Source: Oscillospiraceae bacterium
GTDB taxonomy: Bacteria; Bacillota; Clostridia; Saccharofermentanales; Saccharofermentanaceae
Direction of reading: 5' to 3'
Length of the DNA: 64,000 nucleotides
NCBI GenBank assembly: GCA_902802325.1
Contig: CADCLV010000003.1
Span: 68,026 to 132,025, forward strand
The translations under genes and the position numbers were made by a program. Shown piece by piece: positions 17,811-27,507 of the stretch (positions are counted from its first letter, which is position 1; every line of letters begins with the position of its first letter). Below the pieces are notes generated by a model. The model ran no database searches. It was given only the letters and a program-made list of their open reading frames with translations, and had not been told where the DNA came from.

Positions 17811-19115
17811 ATGGCTTACCAAGTTTTTTTTCATACTCTCGGATGCAAGGTCAATGCATATGAGACCGCGGCGATCAGTAAACTCCTTGCCGAAGAAGGC
17901 TTTACGGAGACGAAAGATCCGAAGGAAGCGGATGTGTATGTGATCAATACCTGCGCGGTCACGGCGGAAGCGGACAGAAAGTCCCGCCAGATGATCCATC
18001 GCGCGCGGAGAACGGCGCCGAAAGCAGTTGTTGTAGCCATGGGCTGTCATACGGAAATGAACCGGGATGAGGAGGGCGCCGATATTCTGGTGGGAACTGA
18101 AGACCGTCCGAAACTGGTTCCGCTTCTTCTGGAAAAACTGAAGCTTCGGAAGAAAACGGAGGAGAAAGAGGATCTGGATGCCGGGACCCGCTTTTTCGAG
18201 TACGGCAGTGTTCTTCTATCGGAAAATACCCGTGCTGTGGTAAAAATCGAGGACGGCTGCAATAATTTCTGCACCTACTGCATCATTCCGTATTCCAGAG
18301 GAAGGGTGCGAAGCCGAAACCGGGAAGCGATCCTTCAGGAGGTCTCCGATCTTGTGAAGAAGGGATATTCGGAATTTGTGATCACCGGTATCCATCTTTG
18401 CTCATATGAAAAAGAAAAGGGAGAAGATGAGACGGCACTGGGCTATCTCCTTTCCGATGTTGCCGGGATCGACGGTGTCAAACGTATCCGGCTGGGGTCT
18501 TTGGAGCCGTCCTGCATGACGCCCGAACTGATCTCGATCCTCAAAGAGAATCAAAAGCTTTGCCCTCACTTTCATCTGTCGCTTCAGAGCGGATCGGATA
18601 CGGTCCTGAAAAGAATGAACCGGAAATACGATACGGCACTGTTCCGGAAAGTGGTGGCGGATCTTCGGGAGGCCTTTCCCAATGCCAGCATGACAACAGA
18701 TATGATCTGCGGGTTCCCGGGAGAAACGGAAGAAGAACATAAGGAATCCTGTGCTTTTGCCGAAGAAATCGGGTTTACCCATATCCATGTTTTTCCTTTC
18801 TCGCCGAGAGAAGGTACGAAAGCGTACAGTATGCAAGGCCAGGTGGACGGCGGTACGAAAAGCCGGAGAACATCGCAGCTTAGAGAAATCTCGGACAGAA
18901 TGGAAGAAGCCAGAACGAAGGATTTTCAGGGGAAAACCGTGGAAGTGCTGGTGGAGGAAGTAGGATCTGACGGTTCGTTTGAAGGGTATTGCCGTGAATA
19001 TGTAAGAGTCCGGGGAAAAAGAGAGGGGGCCGTTTCCGGGCAGATCCTTCTGGGAACGGTAACCGGAAGCGACGGATTCATGCTTTTGGGCGAGAATTTT
19101 CATCCCGAATCTTAG
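17811..19115 (+). CDS. mtaB: tRNA threonylcarbamoyladenosine methylthiotransferase MtaB (radical SAM, MiaB family)
   Basis: N-terminal FHTLGCKVNAYE, radical-SAM CNNFCTYCIIP and a TRAM-like C-terminus. Confidence 0.75.
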   Translation: MAYQVFFHTLGCKVNAYETAAISKLLAEEGFTETKDPKEADVYVINTCAVTAEADRKSRQMIHRARRTAPKAVVVAMGCHTEMNRDEEGADILVGTEDRPKLVPLLLEKLKLRKKTEEKEDLDAGTRFFEYGSVLLSENTRAVVKIEDGCNNFCTYCIIPYSRGRVRSRNREAILQEVSDLVKKGYSEFVITGIHLCSYEKEKGEDETALGYLLSDVAGIDGVKRIRLGSLEPSCMTPELISILKENQKLCPHFHLSLQSGSDTVLKRMNRKYDTALFRKVVADLREAFPNASMTTDMICGFPGETEEEHKESCAFAEEIGFTHIHVFPFSPREGTKAYSMQGQVDGGTKSRRTSQLREISDRMEEARTKDFQGKTVEVLVEEVGSDGSFEGYCREYVRVRGKREGAVSGQILLGTVTGSDGFMLLGENFHPES

Positions 19116-19222
19116 AAAAAACTGATAATATTTACAAATATGTCAATTTTCTTATGAAATGTTGATTTTTTATGTGCTACAATAGTCACATGATACGCAT
19201 GATCGAAGGAGGTATGTCGAAT

Positions 19223-19483
19223 ATGCAGGATTCAGGAACAGCCCGTTTCTCGTTTAATACGGAGCGGTCCGAAGATGCAAAGGTATTGATGATGCAGGTT
19301 CTGGACGCTTTGCAGGAGAAGGGCTATAACCCGATCAACCAGCTGGTTGGATACTTTATGTCCGGTGATCCGACTTACATCACAAATTACAAGGGAGCCA
19401 GAGGCATCATCCGCCGTATGGAAAGAGATGAGCTTCTTGAGGTGATCGTCAGAGATTACTGTGAGCGTCTGGCTGATGAGTAA
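19223..19483 (+). CDS. ireB: IreB family regulatory phosphoprotein (UPF0297, YrzL-like)
   Basis: [38 protein letters not shown] matches the YrzL family. I chose the ATG at 19223 for its 10-nt spacing from GGAGG. Confidence 0.75.
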   Translation: MQDSGTARFSFNTERSEDAKVLMMQVLDALQEKGYNPINQLVGYFMSGDPTYITNYKGARGIIRRMERDELLEVIVRDYCERLADE

Positions 19484-19504
19484 AGAAATGGAGAATGGCC
19501 TTTT

Positions 19505-19927
19505 ATGAGCCGTGTAATGGCCATTGATTTCGGCATGCGCCGCATCGGTGTGGCTTTGTCGGATCCGCTTCGTATGGTAGCTTCCGGTTATGAGACCGTA
19601 AACTGGAACGGAGTCGATCATGAATATGCACTGGAGCGGATTTCCCGGATCGTAAAAGAAAAAGAAGTGGCGGAGATCGTTATGGGTAAGCCGAGCCGTA
19701 CGGACGGGACCCAGAGTGAGACGGAAGAAAAAGCGATCCGTTTTTCTTCCATGATCGAGGAAAAGACAGGGATCAAGCCCGTTTTCCGGGATGAAAGGTT
19801 TACTACCGTCATTGCTTCCCAGTTTTTGAGACAGACCGGCGTTTCCGGAAAAAATAAGAAGAAAGTCGTAGACCAGGTTGCGGCGGAAATCATTTTGCAG
19901 GAATACCTGGACATGCATCGCACATAA
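19505..19927 (+). CDS. ruvX: Holliday junction resolvase-like RuvX (YqgF)
   Basis: MAIDFGMRRIGVALSD ... DERFTT ... AAEIILQEYLD, in the conserved position after ireB. Confidence 0.85.
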   Translation: MSRVMAIDFGMRRIGVALSDPLRMVASGYETVNWNGVDHEYALERISRIVKEKEVAEIVMGKPSRTDGTQSETEEKAIRFSSMIEEKTGIKPVFRDERFTTVIASQFLRQTGVSGKNKKKVVDQVAAEIILQEYLDMHRT

Positions 19928-19997
19928 GTGCCTTTCATGTTATAATTAATCATCAACTTGAAAACAGAAGATGGTAAGCCATTTGGAGGAGAATACT

Positions 19998-20363
19998 ATG
20001 TTAATGGAAGATTGCGGTCGCGAATGCGAGAATAAAGATTGTGAGAACTGTGAATTTGAAGCAGAAGGCTTCAGTGATGAAGAGACCATCATCACTATGG
20101 TTGATGCAGAAAGCGGAGAAGAATATCAGTTTGCTCTGGTAGATGATTTCGAATATAAAGATCAGTCCTACTGCGTACTGGTAACCACAGATGAGGAAGA
20201 ACCGGAGATGGTGATCACAAAGGTGGTCAAGACCGATGACGGTGAAGAAGGGCTGATGAGTCTGGATGAAGCAGAGGCAGACGAGGTGTATGCCGAGTAT
20301 GACCGCCTTTGCGAGGAGGCAGAGCTCGACGATGAAGAAGACTTCTCAGACGAAGAAGAATAA
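19998..20363 (+). CDS. DUF1292 domain protein (YrzB-like), acidic
   Basis: ITMVDAESGEEYQFALVDDFEYKDQSYCVLV core, in the conserved ireB-ruvX-DUF1292 synteny. The ATG at 19998 follows GGAGGAG. Confidence 0.7.
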   Translation: MLMEDCGRECENKDCENCEFEAEGFSDEETIITMVDAESGEEYQFALVDDFEYKDQSYCVLVTTDEEEPEMVITKVVKTDDGEEGLMSLDEAEADEVYAEYDRLCEEAELDDEEDFSDEEE

Positions 20364-20742
20364 GTCGAAATCCATAGGCAATTCGCTGTTTACGCATCAT
20401 TCTCCGAAGGAGGGTGATGCGCTTGCTGTTATACGCGATGCTTCTAACGGTAAAGAGTACTATCTTTCCATGATCGATTCTTTCATGATCGAGAAGATCG
20501 AGTATGCCGTGATGTATAACTATGAACCGGATGACGGCAATCATGCCGATCCGGAACTGGTCATCATGCGTACGGAATACGCCAGAAACGGTGACCAGTA
20601 TTTCTATTCCATCAAGGATGAAAGTGAACTGGAGGCTGCATTTACCGTATTTATGCGGCGTTATGCGGCGAATGTGAAAGAGAGACGGCAGAAGATGCGT
20701 CCGGGATATCGTGCGATGAATCCGAACGAGGGTAAGGTATGA
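20332..20742 (+). CDS. Second DUF1292-like protein (start uncertain)
   Basis: VIRDASNGKEYYLSMIDSFMIEKIEYAVMYNY resembles a DUF1292 core. The only in-frame ATG candidates lie inside the preceding gene, and 20332 gives a 32-nt overlap. Confidence 0.5.
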   Translation: MKKTSQTKKNKSKSIGNSLFTHHSPKEGDALAVIRDASNGKEYYLSMIDSFMIEKIEYAVMYNYEPDDGNHADPELVIMRTEYARNGDQYFYSIKDESELEAAFTVFMRRYAANVKERRQKMRPGYRAMNPNEGKV

Positions 20743-21596
20743 GTTACCGTAGTAAATGGCTGTACTATTTTCTGGTGGGACCGATCCTTTTTATGATCCT
20801 CTATTCGGTGATCATATCTATCGCAGTTGCTGCCGGATACAGCATGTATGCCGATAACTATAATTCCCATATGGGAGTGGTGACCGTGATCGAAGGTTTT
20901 GTCGGCATCGGTGTCATGACCGTGGTCCTTCTGATCAAGCGCTACATGATCTGGCCCCGTCCGAGATGGGCGGTGGGAAAGCCCTATGACTGGGCATTTG
21001 CCTTTCTTGGATCCATGGCTATGCTGGGTGTATCCATTGCGTATATGAATATGATGGATATGATCAAGCTGAAAGCCGTTCAGAAATCTCTGGAACAGTA
21101 CAGCGAGATGATCGAAGTCTCTTCGGTCTCCAAAACGGATATGTACATGCAGTTTTTTGCTATCGTGATCCTGATCCCGATCCTGGAGGAGATGATCTTC
21201 CGCGGAGTGATACTGGCAGGCATGATGGAGCTGAACCGTCCTTATCTTGCCGTTTTTGGCAGCGCAGTCTTTTTCGGCGCGATGCATGTTCAGCCGATCC
21301 AGGTCGGATATGCGATATTGAGCGGCGTGATACTGGGTCTGGTCTACTACTATACGCAGAACCTTTGTATGACGATCCTTTCGCATATGGTCTTTAATTT
21401 CTTCGGAAACGGAATGTTCCTGATCTTTGACATTCCGGAGCGGGCAGCCACTACACTTTCCTGGGTGCAGATGGGGCTGCTCCCATGTTTTTTCGTAGCT
21501 GCATACTTTATGGCTAAGAAACGGAGAGAGCGTTTTCCGGGCAAGGAGGCAGAAACCGGCGATTTTAACAGAGATCTTCCCGGGAGACATACATGA
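20739..21596 (+). CDS. CPBP family intramembrane glutamic endopeptidase (CAAX protease/Abi family)
   Basis: Polytopic protein with the EEMIFRGV, FFGAMH and HMVFNF motifs. Confidence 0.8.
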   Translation: MSYRSKWLYYFLVGPILFMILYSVIISIAVAAGYSMYADNYNSHMGVVTVIEGFVGIGVMTVVLLIKRYMIWPRPRWAVGKPYDWAFAFLGSMAMLGVSIAYMNMMDMIKLKAVQKSLEQYSEMIEVSSVSKTDMYMQFFAIVILIPILEEMIFRGVILAGMMELNRPYLAVFGSAVFFGAMHVQPIQVGYAILSGVILGLVYYYTQNLCMTILSHMVFNFFGNGMFLIFDIPERAATTLSWVQMGLLPCFFVAAYFMAKKRRERFPGKEAETGDFNRDLPGRHT

Positions 21597-24500
21597 TTTC
21601 TTGGCTTCGCAGAATTTTTAAAAGAGAAAGACGCGTACATAAAAGACCGATGGTAACGGCTATTACGGTCTTTGTTGTATTTCTTATCGCCGCTTCGATC
21701 CTTTTTCTGAATCTCGGGCTTTTGCGTATGTCTTCGGAATACCCTCAGGTGGCGGTGCAGATGACAGATACCGGCATGGCCTCATCGGGACTGGGGGTCA
21801 ATCTTTCCTACGTGCCGTCTACGAATCTGGTATGGGATCCGTCCTTTGAAAACCAGTATCGGGAAGAAGTATTCAGTGTGGCTGAAGCAAGCGGAAATGC
21901 CGTCTATCTTCACGGAGCTACTGCCGAGTCTTTCGGTGGAAACGAAAAAGCATACCGTGGAGCCAAGCTGCAGGTCATGTCCTTTGACGCGGACGGATTA
22001 ATGCGACAGGTAGTCGATGCCCGAATCGTTGAGTTCCAGACACGGCAGATGGGTATCTGGAAAAATGTGGATAATGATCTTGGTTTTGATACAAACAGCG
22101 GAATTCTCCGTTCGGACGGAAAGCAGGCACTGATGATCATGGACAGTGGAGAGATCCTTACGGATGTGACCTCTTCCGGTTCGGAAAGACTGGCACCGCC
22201 GGAGGGAAGCCGCTTCGTGGATGCGGTGATCGGATCCTCCTGCTCCTATGCGGTAACAGAAGACGGAATCTTCTTTTTCTCTCCAAACGGGAAATCCTGG
22301 AATGCGGTTGAGGCTCCTAAACTTGAGGAAGCTTCTATTGAAGCTGTGACGGTAATCGGCAAGAACGCTATCGCCTGTGGAAGGAATTCTACGATCCGTG
22401 TATGCGATATGAACAGGGTCATGGTCCCCACAGTCCTTCCGGATTGTGATTTCCATACAGCTGTATCGGACGGACGTCATGCTTTGCTCGCCGGCACATC
22501 GGGAAAGGTGTATTATACTTCGAATGGAACTTTTTTCCGTGCTTTGGAGCAATCGGAATTGCCATGTGAGCCGGCTGACGAGTGGATCCTTTCCTATTAT
22601 CAGGATGGGAAATATGTCCTGGTCGGCAATTTGGGCCAGGTCGCCATCGGCGCTTTTGACGAAGAAACGGACCGCTTTTCTTTTTCGCGATACCTGACCT
22701 CGATCCCGGATCTGAGAACTCCCAAACAGCTGACTATATCGGTGGATGGAGATATCTGGATCCTTACGGATAACGGATTCGTATATGCTTTTTCAGAAGT
22801 GGAGAACAAGTGGAAGCAGGTTTTTACCGATCGGGATAACCAGATCGAATCTATGGCACTGGCCACCTCGGAAGGTGTTCTGATCCTCCGAAACGGAAGG
22901 CTGTATACGACTTCCATGTACACAAAGGTGACTTTGGATCAGGATATCGGAGAGGTGGAGATCCAAAACGGAGATATGTGCCTTCTAAGTGTACCGGTTC
23001 CCTCGGTCTCCAAGCAGGAAGAGGGGATCTGGGAAGTATTCGGAGAGAATACCTCTGTACAGATCGTGTCCGATGCGCCGAAGAGTGCCGGTGAAAAATC
23101 ACTTGAACTGATCTCAGCGGATGCGGATCCGGATCATGCGCATTTTGTGTCTCAGCTCATTTCCCGTGACAATATCCAGCCGATGCAGGAAAAAGTGTTC
23201 TATCATGTTCGGTTGTGGCTGAAGCAGAGTCATATGGATAAAGGGCAGGTCCTGGTATGGCTGACAGGTCTTTCCGATCCTATCGGAACAACATTTACCG
23301 GGGTCAACGGAAACTGGAAAGAATACAGTTTTACATTTGCCTGGCCGGCACATAAAAATGAGGAAGAACCGATCCGGCTGAATATCGGTTTTTACGGAAA
23401 AGGAGAGGTCTTTGCGGATTCGGTAGTGCTGGAAAGAGAAGCCTATTCCGATCCGACAGTGGAGCCGAAACTTGTGAAGATGCTGGAAGAGACATCTGCG
23501 GAGTTCCTGCGGCTGGAAAATCTGGGCATGGGCAGACTGGGATATGAGATCTCTTCGTCTTTTCCTATGATCGGAAATGAAATGGTGTGCCTGAATGAGG
23601 ACGGGAAGAAAGTCAGTACCGGAGTCGTGTCGCTGGAATCGACGCTTCAGCTGGTGAAAAAGTGCAGCGCCAAGCCCTGGTTTGTGATCGATTCCGCATT
23701 TAGCGTAGAGGAACTGAATGCCTTCCTGGGATATATCGGCGGCGGTATTACCGATGAATACGGTAAGATCCGAGTGGATAACGGAACCGCGGTACCGTGG
23801 GGAAAGCAGTTCGAACGAGTGATCTTCGAATTTACGGATAATAACGGACTTTTTGAGACAGATATGCAAAGACGGGCCTATGTGGATTATATGATCCAGC
23901 TCATTCAGAATTCCAAGTATTATTCGGATCTGAAGGATAAAGTGTTCTTTGTGGATGGCATGCCGTATGAGGGCGGTACGATCACCTCGGCTGCTGACTG
24001 CCATTCATCCTCAATCACGATCAGTAATTCCGGTTCCGAAAAAATGGAGATCCCCGGAAGAGCGGATATCCGCGATCTGATCGAATCGGCTTATCGGGAT
24101 TATGGAGATGCGGCCCCGAGAAATCCTTCTTATACACAGGAGAATAATGGTGAATGGATCAATGATCTTTCTTTGGAGGTCGTCCGCCACCGCGTGTCGG
24201 AAAATGAGATCGTGGAAGATACCCAGTCTCTTTCTGCCGCTGAGATGATCGATTTTATTTTGTGGGATCTGGGAGGACAGACCTGCTTCGTCACTGTGGA
24301 TATTCCGGTGAACCGGCTGGATGGCGACGCAGATGACGAAGTGTTTTTCTCCAGGGAAGATTCGGTTCTTGCCAATAGGAAGATCCGTTCCAAGAATAAC
24401 GAGACCCTTCTTAGACTGATCGGTGTGCTTTCTTCGGTTTCCAGAGGAGACCGTGTTGAAACGAGCTGGGTCAAGCCTTTGTCCAAAACGAATGATAAGG

Positions 24501-24754
24501 ACTATACGATCGATCTTTGCTCCTATGCGTATTACCGGGACGGATATATCTACCTTCTGGTATTTAATCCGACCCAGGAGCAGCAGCAGTTCCTTCTGGA
24601 GACCTCGGCGAAGATCCGGGACGTGGATGTGCAGCGCTATTCCAGCGAAGGAAAGAAGATCGCTCTTGCATCTACAGGCAGTATCCTTCGTCTGAATGAG
24701 AAACGGTATACTCTCCAGGCCGGGCAGTTCTGCGTGGCTGTGATTCCGGTATAA
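21593..24754 (+). CDS. Large membrane-anchored extracytoplasmic protein of unknown function (beta-propeller-like, CBM-like and possibly TIM-barrel-like regions)
   Basis: 1053 aa with an N-terminal TM helix (VTAITVFVVFLIAASILFLNL). VWDPSFENQ and later jelly-roll-like segments resemble CBM4_9 starts. The ATGA overlap with the CPBP gene indicates translational coupling. Confidence 0.6.
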   Translation: MISWLRRIFKRERRVHKRPMVTAITVFVVFLIAASILFLNLGLLRMSSEYPQVAVQMTDTGMASSGLGVNLSYVPSTNLVWDPSFENQYREEVFSVAEASGNAVYLHGATAESFGGNEKAYRGAKLQVMSFDADGLMRQVVDARIVEFQTRQMGIWKNVDNDLGFDTNSGILRSDGKQALMIMDSGEILTDVTSSGSERLAPPEGSRFVDAVIGSSCSYAVTEDGIFFFSPNGKSWNAVEAPKLEEASIEAVTVIGKNAIACGRNSTIRVCDMNRVMVPTVLPDCDFHTAVSDGRHALLAGTSGKVYYTSNGTFFRALEQSELPCEPADEWILSYYQDGKYVLVGNLGQVAIGAFDEETDRFSFSRYLTSIPDLRTPKQLTISVDGDIWILTDNGFVYAFSEVENKWKQVFTDRDNQIESMALATSEGVLILRNGRLYTTSMYTKVTLDQDIGEVEIQNGDMCLLSVPVPSVSKQEEGIWEVFGENTSVQIVSDAPKSAGEKSLELISADADPDHAHFVSQLISRDNIQPMQEKVFYHVRLWLKQSHMDKGQVLVWLTGLSDPIGTTFTGVNGNWKEYSFTFAWPAHKNEEEPIRLNIGFYGKGEVFADSVVLEREAYSDPTVEPKLVKMLEETSAEFLRLENLGMGRLGYEISSSFPMIGNEMVCLNEDGKKVSTGVVSLESTLQLVKKCSAKPWFVIDSAFSVEELNAFLGYIGGGITDEYGKIRVDNGTAVPWGKQFERVIFEFTDNNGLFETDMQRRAYVDYMIQLIQNSKYYSDLKDKVFFVDGMPYEGGTITSAADCHSSSITISNSGSEKMEIPGRADIRDLIESAYRDYGDAAPRNPSYTQENNGEWINDLSLEVVRHRVSENEIVEDTQSLSAAEMIDFILWDLGGQTCFVTVDIPVNRLDGDADDEVFFSREDSVLANRKIRSKNNETLLRLIGVLSSVSRGDRVETSWVKPLSKTNDKDYTIDLCSYAYYRDGYIYLLVFNPTQEQQQFLLETSAKIRDVDVQRYSSEGKKIALASTGSILRLNEKRYTLQAGQFCVAVIPV

Positions 24755-24881
24755 AGATCTTCTGAGATAGAAAACTCTCTTGATAACTATGATATAATAG
24801 TATGGATCTTGTGAAGAGCGTTGTACGTCGCTTTCTAGAACAAGTTAAGAGTGATAGAAAAATTGTTGGAGGGTATGTATT

Positions 24882-25652
24882 ATGATTTGTCCGAATTGTC
24901 AGACGAATATTCCTGATGGCGCGAAGTTCTGTACTTCCTGTGGCGCAGTGATTCCGGATGCGGCATTGGAGGAAGCCGTTTCTAATGTAAATGAAGCAGC
25001 ATCTTCGGTTTCTGAAGCAGCGGAGGATATCCCGCAGGGGGCTCAGATCGTAGATGATGTACCGGATGCATCTTTTGATCCGGGTGCGCCGATCGCCGTT
25101 CCGAAGAAAAAGGAAGAGGAACCGGTCGTTCCGGAAATTGCTCCGGTTGAATCTGTTATGCCGGAATTCCCGCAGACTGAACCGGCTCCGGCTGCAGCTC
25201 CGGCCCCGATCCCGGCACCGATCCCGGCCCCGATTCCGGCTCCGATCAGCGAACCGGTTCCTTCTCCGGTCGCCACACCGTCTTTGACACCGGATACGGT
25301 TCCGGCTCCGATTGCAAATGAGAAATCTTTCAGCATCAGCGGCGAGGATCAACTGGATAAGAAGAGTGAGCAGAAGGTTATGTCCACCGGCACGGCTTTC
25401 TGGCTGATGCTTCTTTTCTCGATCCCGGTAGTAGGCCTGATCGCTTCCATTATTGCTTCTTGTGTTGGTAAGAAGTGTAAGAGCAGAAAGAATTTTGCCA
25501 AGGCGGCTCTGATCTGGCAGATCCTGGCGATCATCGTTGCGCTTTCTCTGGTTATCGTCTGCTACTTCTTGTTCAGAGAGGTATTCGATGCAGCTATGAG
25601 CGGCGATATGGCCGAGTTCTCCGATGCCCTCAATGAGGCACTGGGCCTGTAA
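24882..25652 (+). CDS. Zinc-ribbon membrane protein with a proline-rich linker
   Basis: N-terminal MICPNCQTNIPDGAKFCTSCG, a (PAPI)n linker and two C-terminal TM helices. RBS GGAGGG. Confidence 0.65.
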   Translation: MICPNCQTNIPDGAKFCTSCGAVIPDAALEEAVSNVNEAASSVSEAAEDIPQGAQIVDDVPDASFDPGAPIAVPKKKEEEPVVPEIAPVESVMPEFPQTEPAPAAAPAPIPAPIPAPIPAPISEPVPSPVATPSLTPDTVPAPIANEKSFSISGEDQLDKKSEQKVMSTGTAFWLMLLFSIPVVGLIASIIASCVGKKCKSRKNFAKAALIWQILAIIVALSLVIVCYFLFREVFDAAMSGDMAEFSDALNEALGL

Positions 25653-25746
25653 TCAGATAAACTTTGGCAGTGCATTTACCATAGCCGAAAAGGAACGTAA
25701 TTGCTACATGCCTGTTTAGAAGTTGTAACATTGGGTCTCTAAAATG

Positions 25747-25788
25747 ATAGCTGTGGATGTTTCTATGACATCCGCAGCTATTCTTTTG
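25747..25788 (+). terminator. Intrinsic terminator
   Basis: ATAGCTGTGGATGT pairs with ACATCCGCAGCTAT (one G-U pair), followed by TCTTTTG. Confidence 0.7.
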
Positions 25789-25802
25789 TGAGGTGAAACG
25801 CC

Positions 25803-26435
25803 ATGTTTGAGAATGAAGAATTGATTTCGAAGAAACAGCTTCTGCGTGTGGCTCGGATTTCTTACGGTACACTTTATCGCTGGAAGAGAATGAAATTGAT
25901 TCCGGAAAGCTGGTTTATCCATAAGGCGACCAAGACCGGACAAGAGACGTTTCTTCCCCGTGACCGGGTATTGGCACGTATTGAACGGATCCAGGATCTG
26001 AAGGGAGAACTCACTGTAGAACAGCTCCAGGAGATCTTCTCTCCGAACGTAAAGAGTTTCCTGATCCCGGTGGAGGATTTTATCAATCTGAATCTGGTAT
26101 CGAAGATCGCCATGACCGTCTTTACTTCCTGCTTCCCGGAAAAGAAGAAAATGAAGTTCGACGATGTATTCGGCGTATATGTGATCGACCATCTGATGCG
26201 TCTTTCCGGTATTTATCTTGAGGATGCCAAGCAGGTGCTTCGTATGCTGAGTAAATACCTGGCGAGCCAGCCGAGTAAGGAATACCAGCTGCTTCTTTTG
26301 AGGAAACTGGGTGTGCCGATGACGATGCTTGTAAAAGAAGATGAGGATATCCTCCTTGAGGACAACACCGAAGTGGTGGCTTGTGCCAATCTGTCTGATT
26401 TTGAAGAGGCATTGAAGGGACAGCTGATCGCGTAA
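25803..26435 (+). CDS. MerR-like HTH protein of the YhbD/DUF4004 type
   Basis: ISYGTLYRWKRMKLIPESWF..KTGQETFLPRD closely matches my recollection of the YhbD family N-terminus. Confidence 0.65.
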   Translation: MFENEELISKKQLLRVARISYGTLYRWKRMKLIPESWFIHKATKTGQETFLPRDRVLARIERIQDLKGELTVEQLQEIFSPNVKSFLIPVEDFINLNLVSKIAMTVFTSCFPEKKKMKFDDVFGVYVIDHLMRLSGIYLEDAKQVLRMLSKYLASQPSKEYQLLLLRKLGVPMTMLVKEDEDILLEDNTEVVACANLSDFEEALKGQLIA

Positions 26436-26450
26436 GGAAGGGGCCGACGT

Positions 26451-26807
26451 ATGGAAAACAGATCACTGCGGTTTGAATTGATCGGTGATTCTACCCGCAT
26501 GCAGATCCTGAAACTTCTGGGAGACAGCAGAAGTCTTCGTGCGAAGGATATTCTGGAACATCTTCCGATTTCCCAGCCGACCTTATCTCATCACATGCAT
26601 ATTCTGACAGACGAAGATCTGGTCGAGGTACGCAAGGTGGGAAGAGAGTGCTTCTATTCCATTCATGAAGCGCCTTTTCAGGAGATGATCGAAGAACTTT
26701 CCTCTTTGATTTCGGAAAAGAAAAAAGAGCCTTCTGAGAAGCCTTCCAAGGTGAAGAAGGAAAAGAAAGAAAAGAAAAAGAAGAAGAAAGAGAAAAAAGA
26801 AAAATAG
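26451..26807 (+). CDS. ArsR/SmtB family transcriptional regulator with a poly-Lys/Glu tail
   Basis: Winged HTH (ILKLLGD...ILEHLPISQPTLSHHMHIL...VRKVGRECFYS). The C-terminus is KVKKEKKEKKKKKKEKKEK. Confidence 0.8.
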   Translation: MENRSLRFELIGDSTRMQILKLLGDSRSLRAKDILEHLPISQPTLSHHMHILTDEDLVEVRKVGRECFYSIHEAPFQEMIEELSSLISEKKKEPSEKPSKVKKEKKEKKKKKKEKKEK

Positions 26808-26870
26808 TTCACAATTTATCCGATTTGGGATATAGTGAAATAAGAAAAAATACAATTGGAGGGCAAGATT

Positions 26871-27299
26871 ATGTGGAAGGATTTTAAAGCTTTTCTTATG
26901 CGTGGAAACGTGATCGATCTGGCTACTGCGGTAGTTATCGGTGCGGCTTTCGGAAAGATCGTTACCGCTTTGGTCGATAACATCATTATGCCTTGTATCG
27001 GCATGCTGACATCCGGCGTGGATTTCGCGAATATGAAGTATGTACTCAAAGAGGGTACATTGGATGCAGCTACCGGCGAGCTCACCGGCGAAGTGGCTAT
27101 CGGCTACGGTATTTTGATCAATGCGATCATCCAGTTCATCATTATCGCGTTCGTGATCTTCATCGTGATCCGTCTGATGAACAAGGCGAAAGAGAAGCTC
27201 GTAAAGAAAGAGGAAGAAGAGAAGAAGGAAGAAGAGACACCGAAGGATATCGCTCTTCTCACCGAGATCCGCGATCTTTTGAAGAAAGAGAACGCCTGA
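26871..27299 (+). CDS. mscL: Large-conductance mechanosensitive channel
   Basis: MWKDFKAFLMRGNVIDLATAVVIGAAFGKIV is canonical MscL. The ATG at 26871 follows GGAGGG. Confidence 0.9.
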   Translation: MWKDFKAFLMRGNVIDLATAVVIGAAFGKIVTALVDNIIMPCIGMLTSGVDFANMKYVLKEGTLDAATGELTGEVAIGYGILINAIIQFIIIAFVIFIVIRLMNKAKEKLVKKEEEEKKEEETPKDIALLTEIRDLLKKENA

Positions 27300-27330
27300 T
27301 CCTCTTTATACTCGCTTTTAAGAAGATCCA

Positions 27331-27385
27331 CTCCTGTGGCCAAAGGTTTTACTTAGAAGACCCGGCCACAGGAGTTTTCTTATTT
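27331..27385 (+). terminator. Intrinsic terminator after mscL
   Basis: CTCCTGTGGCC (27331-27341) pairs with GGCCACAGGAG (27364-27374), followed by TTTTCTTATTT. Confidence 0.65.
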
Positions 27386-27445
27386 CTCTCCGGGATAGCT
27401 TGCAGAATAAGCGGAAAGCGTTCATTTTCCTTGCCCTTTGCAAGG

Positions 27446-27474
27446 TTGATTTCTCTTAGGGGCAAGGCTATAAT
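27446..27474 (+). promoter_or_regulatory. Promoter of the 2-oxoacid:ferredoxin oxidoreductase operon
   Basis: TTGATT (27446-27451), 17-nt spacer, TATAAT (27469-27474). Confidence 0.55.
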
Positions 27475-27507
27475 GCATAATACGCAATAAAATATCAGGA
27501 GGAATAT

